Positions 34,229 to 44,076 of a stretch of 64,000 nucleotides of DNA are shown one piece after another (the stretch's first letter is position 1; every line of letters starts with the position of its first letter). The notes under the pieces were generated by a model. It saw only the letters and a program-made list of their open reading frames with translations, was not told where the DNA came from and did no database searches. The translations under genes were made by a program, and so were the position numbers. The stretch spans positions 1 to 64,000 of the forward strand of contig JBJDXJ010000011.1 in assembly GCA_051866635.1 (NCBI GenBank), written 5' to 3'. Source of the stretch: Clostridia bacterium. GTDB taxonomy: Bacteria; Bacillota; Clostridia; UMGS1883.

Positions 34229-35503
34229 TTATCTTATTATTATACTGTCTCTTTCAGGACCTACGGAAACATACTTAATTCTGCAACCGATAGCTTCTTC
34301 GATATATGTTACATAATCCTTTGCTTCCTTGGGCAATTCGTCCCATGTACGAATAGAGGAAACGTCACACTTCCAGCCGTCCAGATATTCTATTACCGCT
34401 TCAGCTCTCTTAAGTGCTGAGGGGAATGGGAATTCATCTGTAACCTGACCGTCTAAAAGGTAATGTGAGCATACGGGGATTTTATCCAGATAGCTTAACA
34501 CATCAAGCTTTGTAAGTGCAATTTCTGTTGCACCCTGAACCTCTACACCGTATCTTGTTGCAACTATGTCAATAGGTCCTACTCTACGTGGTCTGCCTGT
34601 TTTTGCACCGTATTCAAAGCCTGCTTCTCTGAGCTTTTCAGCTTCTTCGCCGAACATTTCGCAAACGAAGGGACCTTCGCCAACGCATGTGGAATAAGCC
34701 TTTACAACACCTATAACATTATCAATTTTTGCGGAAGGGAGTCCTGAACCGATAGGTGCGTAAGCCGCAGTTGTGTTTGAAGATGTTGTATAGGGATGAA
34801 TGCCGTAATCAAGGTCACGAAGTGAACCAAGCTGAGCTTCAAACATAATATTTTTGCCCTTCTTCTGTGCATCGCGAAGGTAGCTTCCCGTATTGCAAAC
34901 ATAAGGCTTTATCTTTTCACAATAATTTGAAATCCAATCTTCAAGCATTTCCATTGTGTAGGGTTCTGCTCCATAAACCTTTGTTAAAGTTAAGTTTTTC
35001 CATTCCATAATATCGGAAAGGTGTGCTCTCAATTCTTCAGGGTAGAAAAGTTCACCGGCTAAAATTGTCTTTTTCTGATACTTATCCGAGTAAAAAGGTG
35101 CGATACCCTGCTTTGTAGAACCGAATTTCTTGTCAGCAAGTCTCAATTCTTCAAGAGCGTCCAAATCTCTATGCCAAGGGAGCAAAAGAGAAGCTCTGTC
35201 ACTTATCTTTAAATTTTCGGCAGTAAGGGATACACCCTTGCTTTCAACTTCCTGTATCTCGTTCCACAAGTTCTCGGGGTCAAGTGCTACGCCGTTACCC
35301 AATATATTTACTACGCCTTCTCTGAAAATACCTGAAGGAAGAAGGTGAAGTGCAAACTTACCCTTTTCGTTAATTACAGTATGTCCTGCATTGCCGCCGC
35401 CCTGAAAGCGTACAACAACATCATAATCTTCTGTGATTAAGTCAACCATTCTGCCCTTGCCTTCATCGCCCCAGTTTATACCTACGATTGCACAATTTGA
35501 CAT
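34229..35503 (-). CDS. purA: Adenylosuccinate synthase
   Basis: WGDEGKG, GGGNAGHT, TGRPRR, LTKLDVL. Confidence 0.97.
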   Translation of the reverse strand: MSNCAIVGINWGDEGKGRMVDLITEDYDVVVRFQGGGNAGHTVINEKGKFALHLLPSGIFREGVVNILGNGVALDPENLWNEIQEVESKGVSLTAENLKISDRASLLLPWHRDLDALEELRLADKKFGSTKQGIAPFYSDKYQKKTILAGELFYPEELRAHLSDIMEWKNLTLTKVYGAEPYTMEMLEDWISNYCEKIKPYVCNTGSYLRDAQKKGKNIMFEAQLGSLRDLDYGIHPYTTSSNTTAAYAPIGSGLPSAKIDNVIGVVKAYSTCVGEGPFVCEMFGEEAEKLREAGFEYGAKTGRPRRVGPIDIVATRYGVEVQGATEIALTKLDVLSYLDKIPVCSHYLLDGQVTDEFPFPSALKRAEAVIEYLDGWKCDVSSIRTWDELPKEAKDYVTYIEEAIGCRIKYVSVGPERDSIIIR

Positions 35504-35516
35504 TTTTTTCCCTCCA

Positions 35517-36230
35517 TTACTTATGCTCTAAAGCTCTTCTCATAACTTCAGTGTATGCGTCCTCAACACCGCCCAGATCACGTCTGAATCTGTCTTTGTC
35601 AAGCTTTTCACCTGTTTCGCTGTCCCAAAGTCTGCAAGTGTCGGGGCTGATTTCGTCAGCAAGGATTATAGTACCGTCACTTGTTTTACCGAACTCAAGC
35701 TTAAAGTCAACTAAAGTTACACCACATTCCTTCCAGAATGACTTAAGGAATTCATTTACCTTAAAAGCATATTCTTCTATTATTTCAATTTCTTCCCTTG
35801 TTGCGGCACCGATAGCTATAGCATGGTAATCGTTCATCAAAGGATCGCCCAAGTCGTCGTTCTTATATGAAAATTCAACTGTGGGATTTTCAAAAACAGT
35901 TCCTTCAGGAACACCGAAACGCTTTGAAAATGAACCTGCCGCAATATTTCTTACTATAACCTCCAAAGGAACAATTGAAACCTTCTTTACAACTGTTTCA
36001 CGGGGGGAAAGTTCTTCAACAAAGTGGGTGGGAACACCATATTCGGAAAGCTTGTCCATAAGCATGTTGCTCATGCGGTTATTGATTTCGCCCTTTCCTG
36101 AAATTGTTCCCTTCTTCAAGCCGTTAAATGCAGTTGCATCATCCTTATATGATACAATCAACAATTCGGGGTTGTCTGTAGCATACACCTTTTTTGCTTT
36201 ACCTTCATACAACTGAGCTTTCTTTTCCAT
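35517..36230 (-). CDS. purC: SAICAR synthase
   Basis: [35 protein letters not shown]. Start at ATG 36230 after GAGGT. Confidence 0.97.
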   Translation of the reverse strand: MEKKAQLYEGKAKKVYATDNPELLIVSYKDDATAFNGLKKGTISGKGEINNRMSNMLMDKLSEYGVPTHFVEELSPRETVVKKVSIVPLEVIVRNIAAGSFSKRFGVPEGTVFENPTVEFSYKNDDLGDPLMNDYHAIAIGAATREEIEIIEEYAFKVNEFLKSFWKECGVTLVDFKLEFGKTSDGTIILADEISPDTCRLWDSETGEKLDKDRFRRDLGGVEDAYTEVMRRALEHK

Positions 36231-36309
36231 AACATAAACCTCATTTCTTAAAACTTTTATATTATTATAATTATTCACTATGTTATGAAGGAGCGCCCCG
36301 TTTCAAATC

Positions 36310-36440
36310 AAAAAAATAAAGGCGTCTTTAACGCTATTCATGCATTAAAGACGCCTTTGCCTTTTACTTGTATTTTACGTCCAAAACAAAAAGTCAGACA
36401 ATAATCCCGACATGACATCGAAGACGCCTTTGCCCTCACA
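36310..36440 (-). promoter_or_regulatory. ANTAR-responsive leader of the purC...dapL operon (two hairpins plus terminator)
   Basis: GGC-AAAGGC-GTC at 36423-36434 and 36350-36361 (3-bp stem, 6-nt loop with A1/G4). The second hairpin overlaps the 5' arm of a terminator (36310-36358). Confidence 0.8.
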
Positions 36441-36446
36441 GAGTAT

Positions 36447-36475
36447 GTTATACACTATTTTGGCTGATTTGTCAA
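36447..36475 (-). promoter_or_regulatory. Sigma-A promoter of the purC operon
   Basis: TTGACA-17 nt-TATAAC. Confidence 0.75.
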
Positions 36476-36485
36476 TACAAAATAC

Positions 36486-36525
36486 AAAAAAATCCAACCG
36501 CATTTTATAACACAGCCGGATTTTT
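36486..36525 (-). terminator. Intrinsic terminator after asnB
   Basis: AATCCGGCTG...CGGTTGGATT stem followed by a U tract. Confidence 0.7.
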
Positions 36526-36537
36526 CTGAATTTAAAA

Positions 36538-38115
36538 TCAAATTCCGCTGTCGCCGTAGTTTGACAACACTCTTGCCGACGGGTCATCTACGTTACAGCC
36601 TTCCCATTCTTTGTTAGGCATCCAGAAATCTACAATCATTTTGCCCTGACCGGGATAGTACTTTTCAAAAAGTTCACGGTAAAGAAGTGATTCCTTCGTG
36701 AAGGGCTGAGCATGAGTATACTTTTTGCGTTTTTCTTCAAATTCTCCATCTGTGTAGAAGGATGATGCATATTCCTTAAGATAATCAACCATGGAATGAC
36801 CTACCGCATCGGAAAATGCCGCCTTTTCACGGTAAAGAATAGACTTTGGAAGATAATCGCCCTCAAATGCGTGACGAAGAAGGTATTTACCTTTGCCGTA
36901 CTTGTTAAGCTTAATTTCAGGGTCAATGGCCATTACATACTTAACAAAATCCAAATCTCCAAAGGGAACTCTTGCTTCAAGCGAGTTTACGGAAATACAA
37001 CGGTCTGCACGAAGAACATCGTACATATGTAATTCACGTATTCTCTTTTCAGCCTCCTTTTGGAAAGCCTCGGCAGAAGGTGCAAAGTCTGTGTATTTAT
37101 AACCGAACAATTCATCGGATATTTCTCCTGTGAGAAGAACTCTGATATCAGTCTGCTCGTGTATGGCTTTGCATATTAAATACATACCCATACTTGCACG
37201 GATTGTAGTTATGTCAAAAGTACCTAAAAGATGAACTACTGTTTCTAACGATGAAAGCACATCATCTTTTGTGATAATAATTTCCTTATGGTCACTGCCT
37301 ATGTAATCTGCCACTTCCTTTGCATATTTAAGGTCGATGGCATCCTCGCTCATACCGATGGCAAATGTTTTGATGGGTGTTTTGCTCATCTTCTGGGCTA
37401 TTGCACAAACAAGCGAAGAGTCAAGACCGCCGGAGAGTAAGAAACCAACCTTTGCGTCTGCAACCAATCTCTTTTCAACGCCTTTAACAAGTTTGTCATG
37501 AATGTTTTTGCAAGCTGTTTCAACGCTGTCTGTAGAAATTTCATCTACCTTTGCAATATCGTTGTAGCATACAAATTTGCCGTCTTTGTAGTAATGTCCC
37601 GGAGGGAAAGGCATTATATCTTTTGCAAGACCTACAAGGTTTTTAGGTTCACTTGCAAAAAGGATTATACCTTCTTCATCATAGCCGTAATAAAGGGGTC
37701 TGATACCGATGGGGTCACGGGCTGCAATATATTCCTTTGTTTGTCCGTCATAAATAATGCATACAAATTCGGCATCGAGCATTTTAAACATTTCCACGCC
37801 GTATTCCTGATACAAAGGAAGAAGTATTTCACAGTCGGACTCACTTTGGAAAGTATACTTTTCCGACAACTGTTTTTTAATCTTTTCAAAGCCGTATATT
37901 TCTCCGTTACAAACGACAAAACTCTCCCCAAGCTGAAAGGGCTGCATACCTAAATCGTTCAGCCCCATTATGGAGAGACGGTGAAAGCCTAAATAGCCCT
38001 CTGATGTATCTACTATCTTTGATGCATCGGGACCACGTGAAATTGTTCTTTGAAAACCTTCTTTAAATCGGGAAAGGTCTGCACCTTTACCGCAATAACC
38101 CATAATTGAACACAT
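36538..38115 (-). CDS. asnB: Asparagine synthetase B (glutamine-hydrolysing)
   Basis: N-terminal Cys (MCSI), RGPD, HRLSI, SGGLDSS, LEARVPF, DPSAR. Confidence 0.96.
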   Translation of the reverse strand: MCSIMGYCGKGADLSRFKEGFQRTISRGPDASKIVDTSEGYLGFHRLSIMGLNDLGMQPFQLGESFVVCNGEIYGFEKIKKQLSEKYTFQSESDCEILLPLYQEYGVEMFKMLDAEFVCIIYDGQTKEYIAARDPIGIRPLYYGYDEEGIILFASEPKNLVGLAKDIMPFPPGHYYKDGKFVCYNDIAKVDEISTDSVETACKNIHDKLVKGVEKRLVADAKVGFLLSGGLDSSLVCAIAQKMSKTPIKTFAIGMSEDAIDLKYAKEVADYIGSDHKEIIITKDDVLSSLETVVHLLGTFDITTIRASMGMYLICKAIHEQTDIRVLLTGEISDELFGYKYTDFAPSAEAFQKEAEKRIRELHMYDVLRADRCISVNSLEARVPFGDLDFVKYVMAIDPEIKLNKYGKGKYLLRHAFEGDYLPKSILYREKAAFSDAVGHSMVDYLKEYASSFYTDGEFEEKRKKYTHAQPFTKESLLYRELFEKYYPGQGKMIVDFWMPNKEWEGCNVDDPSARVLSNYGDSGI

Positions 38116-38119
38116 AAAA

Positions 38120-38365
38120 ATTACCTCCGTATATTCATCTCAGCAATTTTATAGGGCAAGTGCTGTACTCGCGGTGCCACCTATATTTTTTCTCATTTCT
38201 GCCTTTTGTAAGCTTCCGATTAACGCACGGTTACGACGCACCTACTAAAATTTCTTTTTTCAGATTGCAGCTCGAAAAGTGTTATTCATACGGGACCGGA
38301 TCATGGCTCTCACCATCCCATGCTCGCTTTCTCCGATTTTTCCGTATTACTTCTCTTTTCTCAAA
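38120..38365 (-). ncRNA. T-box riboswitch, Asn (AAC) specifier, upstream of asnB
   Basis: Stem I with AGCGAG and GGTGAGA loops; specifier GAAT-AAC-A (38281-38283); AGTAG and CCGT boxes; antiterminator TATAGG-TGGCACC-GCGAGT-loop-ACTTGC-CCTATA. Confidence 0.9.
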
Positions 38366-38443
38366 CGCTTTTGTTTTCAGACACCTACCACAAAGCGTTA
38401 TACACTTTGTGGCAGGGCCAAGTTTTTATATTTCTAATGGTTT

Positions 38444-40192
38444 TTATTCAACGTCCTGGAGTGCGTCGTAACCTTCTTCGCCTGTACGAACCTTTACAAC
38501 GTTTTCAACATCGTAAACGAAAATCTTACCGTCACCGATGTGACCTGTGTAAAGAACCTTCTTTGCTGTTTCGATTACGCTTCTTACAGGAACCTTGCTT
38601 ACTACCATTTCAACCTGAATTTTGGGAAGTAAGCTGGGTTCAACTTCTACACCACGGTAGTATTCGGGTTTACCCTTCTGAACACCGCAACCCATAACGT
38701 GAGTTACCGTCATACCTGTAATACCAATATTAAGCATACTTGACTTAAGTGCTTCAAGCATTCTTTCACGGCATACAATTTCAATCTTTGTCAGCTTGTG
38801 CTCGCCTTCTGTGAAGGAGGGCATCTTCTTAACTTCTACAGCCTCTGCTACGGGAACACTGCCTGTTACAACTGTTGCACCGGGAAGAGAATCATAGCTG
38901 TGGGGAACAATTCCAAAGTCTGCATAAGAGCTGGGAAGACCGTGTTCTGTCTTGTCAAGACCTGTAAGTTCTTCTTCAGCACTTGCACGAAGACCTACTG
39001 TCTTGTTGATTACAGTAAATGTGATTAACATTGTTACTGCTGTCCAAGCAACGATTGCAACGATACCTATTGTCTGAACACCTAAAAGTGTTGCATCGCC
39101 TGTGTAGAACAAACCGTCAAGACCTGCAGGGGCATCAGGATTTGCCAAAAGACCTACTGCCAGTGTTCCCCAGATACCGTTTGCCATATGTACACCTACA
39201 GCACCAACGGGGTCGTCAACGTGAAACTTAATGTCCAAGCCTTCAACAACTACTACAACCAAGATACCGGATACAACGCCTACTACCAAGGAACCGAAAG
39301 CGTCCAATGCATCACAGCCCGCTGTAATACCAACAAGTCCTGCCAAAGATGCGTTCAAACACATTGAAACATCGGGTTTACCATTCTTAATCCAAGTAAA
39401 TACCATACATACAACAGTTGCAACTGCGGGAGCGATTGTTGTTGTAAGGAAGATTGAACCAAGTTCGGGAACACTTGTTGCTGCGGCACCGTTGAAGCCG
39501 TACCAGCCAAACCAAAGGATAAAGCAACCTAAAGCACCAATAGTGATTGCATGACCGGGAATAGCGTTAACCTTTGTAACCTTACCGTTTTTGTCTGTAA
39601 CGTACTTACCGATTCTGGGACCTAAAATCATCGCACCGATAAGAGCCGCTACACCACCTACTGTGTGAATTGCCGCACTACCTGCATAATCATGGAAGCC
39701 CATGCTTGCAAGCCAGCCCTGGCTGTTCCAAACCCAACCTGCTTCGATGGGATATACAACAAGGGAGATAACGCCTGAATAAATACAGTATGCCAAGAAC
39801 TTTGTTCTTTCTGCCATAGCACCGGATACAATTGTTGCCGCTGTTGCACAGAATACAAGGTTAAATACAAAACTTGATGCATTTCCCTCTATAAATCCGC
39901 CGAAATCGGTGAAAATGCTCATGTTGGGCACACCGATAAATCCAAACAGATAATCTTCAGCCATCATAAGTGAAAAGCCTAAGAACACGAACATTACAGT
40001 ACCTATACAGAAGTCCATAAGGTTCTTCATAATAATGTTACCTGCGTTCTTTGCTCTTGTGAAGCCTGTTTCAACCATTGCGAAGCCTGCCTGCATAAAG
40101 AATACAAGTGCTGCACCGATCAAAAACCAGACTGCAAACACCTGTTCTGACACGGCTCCTGTTACCAATTCCATTAATTCTGTACCTACCAT
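38444..40192 (-). CDS. amt: Ammonium transporter fused to C-terminal P-II (GlnK) domain
   Basis: FFMQAGFA, IVSGAMAER, DYAGSAAIH, WFGWYGFN, DDPVGAVGVH, then YRG..LLPK..TGHIGDGKIFV..VRTGEEG. Confidence 0.95.
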   Translation of the reverse strand: MVGTELMELVTGAVSEQVFAVWFLIGAALVFFMQAGFAMVETGFTRAKNAGNIIMKNLMDFCIGTVMFVFLGFSLMMAEDYLFGFIGVPNMSIFTDFGGFIEGNASSFVFNLVFCATAATIVSGAMAERTKFLAYCIYSGVISLVVYPIEAGWVWNSQGWLASMGFHDYAGSAAIHTVGGVAALIGAMILGPRIGKYVTDKNGKVTKVNAIPGHAITIGALGCFILWFGWYGFNGAAATSVPELGSIFLTTTIAPAVATVVCMVFTWIKNGKPDVSMCLNASLAGLVGITAGCDALDAFGSLVVGVVSGILVVVVVEGLDIKFHVDDPVGAVGVHMANGIWGTLAVGLLANPDAPAGLDGLFYTGDATLLGVQTIGIVAIVAWTAVTMLITFTVINKTVGLRASAEEELTGLDKTEHGLPSSYADFGIVPHSYDSLPGATVVTGSVPVAEAVEVKKMPSFTEGEHKLTKIEIVCRERMLEALKSSMLNIGITGMTVTHVMGCGVQKGKPEYYRGVEVEPSLLPKIQVEMVVSKVPVRSVIETAKKVLYTGHIGDGKIFVYDVENVVKVRTGEEGYDALQDVE

Positions 40193-40222
40193 TTTGATGC
40201 CTTCTTTCTAAAAACTCTTAAT

Positions 40223-42316
40223 TTATCTTACGCCGAAAAGCAATTCACCGTATGTGGGGAATGGCCAGAATTTTTCGGCTGTAATTACTTCTGCCTCATC
40301 ACAAGGAACACGAAGTTCACTCATCTTGGGAAGAAGTTCATCACGAATCATATATCCTTCTTCTTCTACACTTGTCGCATCGGAAAGCTTAGATATAGCC
40401 TTGTCAAGCTCGTCACATCTTTCATAAATCTGGCTTGCCAGGGATGAAAGCTTCTTAACAGTTTCTGTTTCGTATGTTGCAGGGATTGAAGAGTCAAGTG
40501 CCTTTTTAGCCCCTGCCGCCTTTGCAACAAATGCCGCATATTCTTCAATTGCGGGTAAGATTTCTCTCTTTGCAATCTGACTCATAGTGTTTGCTTCGAT
40601 AACAACACTCTTGCAGTAGTTTTCCAAAGTGATTTCGCAACGGGACTTAAGTTCTGCTTCGGAGAATACCTTGTGCTTTGTAAGCATTTCTACATTCTTC
40701 TTATCAAGTAAGTGAGGAATAGCATCGGGAGTAGTTCTTAAGTTCATAAGACCTCTCTTTTCTGTTGCTTCCTTAATCCACTCATCATCATAACCGTTTC
40801 CGTTGAAGATGATTCTCTTGTGGTCCTTGATAGTCTTCTTAATCATTTCATGAAGTGTTGTTTCAAAATCCTCGGCATTTTCAAGTCTGTCAGCATAAAT
40901 CTGCAAGCTTTCTGCAACAGCCGCATTAATCATAATGTTTGCACATGCAATGCTGTTTGAAGAACCAAGCATTCTGAATTCAAACTTGTTGCCTGTAAAC
41001 GCGAAGGGTGAAGTTCTGTTTCTGTCTGTTGTATCACGGTTAAACTTGGGAAGTACATCAACACCAAGCTTCATCTGTGTCTTTTCTGTTCCCTTGTAAG
41101 GAGTATCTGTTTCGATTGCTTCCAATACTGCGTTAAGCTCGTCACCGAGGAACATTGAAACAACAGCGGGAGGTGCTTCGTTAGCACCGAGTCTGTGGTC
41201 GTTACCGGAGGTTGCAACACTGATACGAAGCAAATCCTGATAATCGTCTACAGCCTTTATAACTGCACAAAGGAAAATAAGGAACTGTGCATTTTCGTAA
41301 GGTGTTTCACCGGGAGAAAGGAGGTTTACTCCCGTATCTGTTGCCATGGACCAGTTGTTGTGCTTACCGCTACCGTTTACACCTGCAAAGGGCTTTTCAT
41401 GAAGGAGACATACAAGATTGTGTTTAGATGCCACCTTCTGCATAATTTCCATTGTAATCTGGTTGTGGTCAGTTGCAATGTTTGTTGTTGAATAAATAGG
41501 AGCAAGCTCGTGCTGAGCAGGTGCAACTTCGTTGTGCTGAGTTTTAGCAAGAATTCCCAACTTCCACAATTCTTCGTTAAGCTCTGTCATGTATGCTTCA
41601 ACTCTGGGCTTGATTACGCCGAAATAGTGATCGTCCATTTCCTGACCCTTGGGAGGCTTTGCACCGAAAAGTGTTCTGCCTGTATAAATAAGGTCTTTAC
41701 GCTTTTCAAAAAGCTCCTTGGGAACTAAGAAATATTCTTGTTCGGGACCAACTGATGTATGTACATATTTTGCTTCTGTTCCGAAAAGTTTCAAAATACG
41801 AAGTGCTTGCTTATTAAGTGCTTCCATGGAGCGAAGAAGAGGTGTCTTTTTGTCAAGTGCTTCACCGCCGTATGAGCAGAAAGCTGTGGGAATACAAAGT
41901 GTCTTACCTTTTATAAAAGCAAATGATGTAGGATCCCATGCTGTATATCCTCTTGCTTCAAATGTAGCACGGAGACCACCGGAAGGGAAACTTGATGCAT
42001 CAGGTTCACCCTTGATAAGCTCCTTGCCTGAGAAATCCATAATAACTCTTCCGTCCGGAGAAGGAGAAATAAAACTGTCGTGCTTTTCAGCAGTAATACC
42101 TGTAAGAGGCTGGAACCAATGTGTATAATGTGTGGCACCATTTTCAACTGCCCATTCTTTCATGGCTTCTGCAACGGCATTTGCTACAGATAAGTCAAGC
42201 TTTGCTCCTTCATCAATAGTTTTCTTCAGTGAATTGTACACTTTAGATGAAAGGCGGGATTTCATGACTCTGTCATCAAATACCAAGCTTCCAAAATAGT
42301 CAGGTACAGTTTTCAT
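40223..42316 (-). CDS. glnN: Glutamine synthetase type III
   Basis: [69 protein letters not shown]; 697 aa. Confidence 0.95.
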   Translation of the reverse strand: MKTVPDYFGSLVFDDRVMKSRLSSKVYNSLKKTIDEGAKLDLSVANAVAEAMKEWAVENGATHYTHWFQPLTGITAEKHDSFISPSPDGRVIMDFSGKELIKGEPDASSFPSGGLRATFEARGYTAWDPTSFAFIKGKTLCIPTAFCSYGGEALDKKTPLLRSMEALNKQALRILKLFGTEAKYVHTSVGPEQEYFLVPKELFEKRKDLIYTGRTLFGAKPPKGQEMDDHYFGVIKPRVEAYMTELNEELWKLGILAKTQHNEVAPAQHELAPIYSTTNIATDHNQITMEIMQKVASKHNLVCLLHEKPFAGVNGSGKHNNWSMATDTGVNLLSPGETPYENAQFLIFLCAVIKAVDDYQDLLRISVATSGNDHRLGANEAPPAVVSMFLGDELNAVLEAIETDTPYKGTEKTQMKLGVDVLPKFNRDTTDRNRTSPFAFTGNKFEFRMLGSSNSIACANIMINAAVAESLQIYADRLENAEDFETTLHEMIKKTIKDHKRIIFNGNGYDDEWIKEATEKRGLMNLRTTPDAIPHLLDKKNVEMLTKHKVFSEAELKSRCEITLENYCKSVVIEANTMSQIAKREILPAIEEYAAFVAKAAGAKKALDSSIPATYETETVKKLSSLASQIYERCDELDKAISKLSDATSVEEEGYMIRDELLPKMSELRVPCDEAEVITAEKFWPFPTYGELLFGVR

Positions 42317-42515
42317 AATAATTCACATAGCCTTTCTGCCACAAATATTAATGAAAATTAATTTTTACGCTCTTGCTGTGGCGGACAAGGCGTATAATGC
42401 GAATTGTGTCCATGTGCGTTTTCCGAGCAAGCGAGGAAATTCTCGCACGGACAATCAAATCCGCCGGAGGCTTAATGTGAAAACTTTCACGTTAAACATC
42501 TCCTTAATAAATAGC

Positions 42516-42760
42516 TAAAGGCGTCTTTAATGTAAAATACACTAAAGACGCCTTTGCCTTTTTTAACATATTAGTTTGTTTTGTAATAAAACACACCATA
42601 CATTTACAATCTGTACTTTTTTGTCACCCCATTGTGACAGACAGACGTAAAATGCATCTTCCCGATTACATATTAACATATGATAACCATTCTGCTTTTA
42701 TTAACAAAAAAAGAAAAGCCGTCAAAGAGTTTTACCTCTAAGACGTCTTTGCCTTACAAC
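42516..42760 (-). promoter_or_regulatory. ANTAR-responsive leader of the GSIII-amt-asnB operon
   Basis: GGC-AAAGAC-GTC (42742-42753) overlapping a terminator (42706-42750); GTCAC-AATGGG-GTGAC (42623-42638); GGC-AAAGGC-GTC (42547-42558) overlapping a second long stem (42516-42555). Confidence 0.78.
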
Positions 42761-42764
42761 GCAC

Positions 42765-42793
42765 ATGATACACTCATATTTTTCGTTTGTCAA
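42765..42793 (-). promoter_or_regulatory. Sigma-A promoter of the GSIII operon
   Basis: TTGACA-17 nt-TATCAT. Confidence 0.75.
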
Positions 42794-42852
42794 CCCTTTT
42801 TTTGAATTTTTTGCTAAATTTTTTTCAAAATCCGGAAATTTACATTTTTCTA

Positions 42853-42881
42853 TTGACAAAATTTGATTTTTATTGTATAGT
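42853..42881 (+). promoter_or_regulatory. Sigma-A promoter of the glutamate synthase operon
   Basis: TTGACA-17 nt-TATAGT. Confidence 0.75.
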
Positions 42882-42892
42882 TGTCGCAAATG

Positions 42893-42948
42893 GGCAAAGA
42901 CGTTCATTCACTTAAGGGATACCCTTGCGGTGAATGGCGTCTTTTTTT
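42893..42948 (+). promoter_or_regulatory. ANTAR hairpin plus attenuator terminator of the glutamate synthase operon
   Basis: GGC-AAAGAC-GTT (42893-42904) overlaps the terminator GACGTTCATTCAC...GTGAATGGCGTC-T7. Confidence 0.78.
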
Positions 42949-42978
42949 GTTTTATTAAGGACGAAAGGACGTGGACCT

Positions 42979-44076
42979 ATGAAATTAGAAGGTCAGGTAC
43001 GAATTCCTTCAGGCTGTGCAATTGCCGCAGTAATATCTAAGGAAGGAAATCCTATGACAGGTGAAAAGATAATCGATGCCATGAAACCCATGCACGACCG
43101 TTCCAACGGTTTGGGAGGAGGATTTGCGGCGTACGGTATCTATCCCGAGTATAAAGATTTTTATGCATTGCATTTTTTCTTTGATGACCGTTCTACACGT
43201 AAAGAATGTGAGCAGTTTTTAAAGGAAAGATTTGAAATTGTTAAATCTGAACTTATCCCTACAAGGAAAATACCTCAGATTACAGACGAACCTATTATAT
43301 GGAGATATTTTGTAGCTCCTTTAAAATCTGTTCTTCTTTCTATGCAGCTTGATGAAAACGAATTTGTTGCACAGACTGTAATGAAGATAAACACACAGAT
43401 GCACGGAGCATACGTATTTTCAAGCGGTAAAAACATGGGTGCATTTAAAGCTGTGGGATTTCCTGAAGATGTGGGCGTATTTTATAAACTTGACGAATAC
43501 GAAGGCTATTCCTGGACAGCACACGGTCGTTATCCTACCAACACTCCCGGCTGGTGGGGCGGTGCTCATCCCTTTACACTTCTTGACTATTCTATTGTAC
43601 ATAACGGTGAAATTTCATCTTACGATGCAAACCGCCGCTTTATAGAAATGTTCGGTTATAAGTGTACTTTGCAAACAGATACGGAAGTTATTACATATAT
43701 AATGGACTATTTGCTTAGAAGGCAAAACCTTACACTTTCTGAAGCCGCCAGCGTTATCGCTGCACCCTTCTGGAGTACTATTGAAAATAAGACAGATTTG
43801 GAAGATAAAGAAAAGCATATATATTTAAGAACACTTTTCCCAAGTCTTCTTATAACAGGTCCCTTCTCTATTGTTTTCGGCTTTAACGGCGGACTTATGG
43901 CGTTAAATGACCGTTTGAAACTTCGCAGCATGGTTGTAGGCGAAAAGGACGACAAGGTTTATATTGCCAGCGAAGAAGCCGCTATCCGTGTAATGGAACC
44001 TGATGCTGAAAACATCTGGGCACCTAAAGGCGGAGAACCTGTAATTGTTAAAGTGAAGGACGGTGCAATGATATGA
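42979..44076 (+). CDS. Glutamate synthase amidotransferase subunit (GltB1-like, class II GATase)
   Basis: SGCAIA Cys, RSNGLGGG, AHGRYPTNT..WGGAHPF, HNGEISSY, TDTEV. Start at ATG 42979. Confidence 0.9.
   Translation: MKLEGQVRIPSGCAIAAVISKEGNPMTGEKIIDAMKPMHDRSNGLGGGFAAYGIYPEYKDFYALHFFFDDRSTRKECEQFLKERFEIVKSELIPTRKIPQITDEPIIWRYFVAPLKSVLLSMQLDENEFVAQTVMKINTQMHGAYVFSSGKNMGAFKAVGFPEDVGVFYKLDEYEGYSWTAHGRYPTNTPGWWGGAHPFTLLDYSIVHNGEISSYDANRRFIEMFGYKCTLQTDTEVITYIMDYLLRRQNLTLSEAASVIAAPFWSTIENKTDLEDKEKHIYLRTLFPSLLITGPFSIVFGFNGGLMALNDRLKLRSMVVGEKDDKVYIASEEAAIRVMEPDAENIWAPKGGEPVIVKVKDGAMI

Noticed and set aside
36318-42558. Repeated AAAGACGCCTTTGCC units as CRISPR repeats or IS ends
   Set aside because: No regular spacers, cas genes or transposase. 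Their position in leaders and A1/G4 hexaloops fit ANTAR sites.
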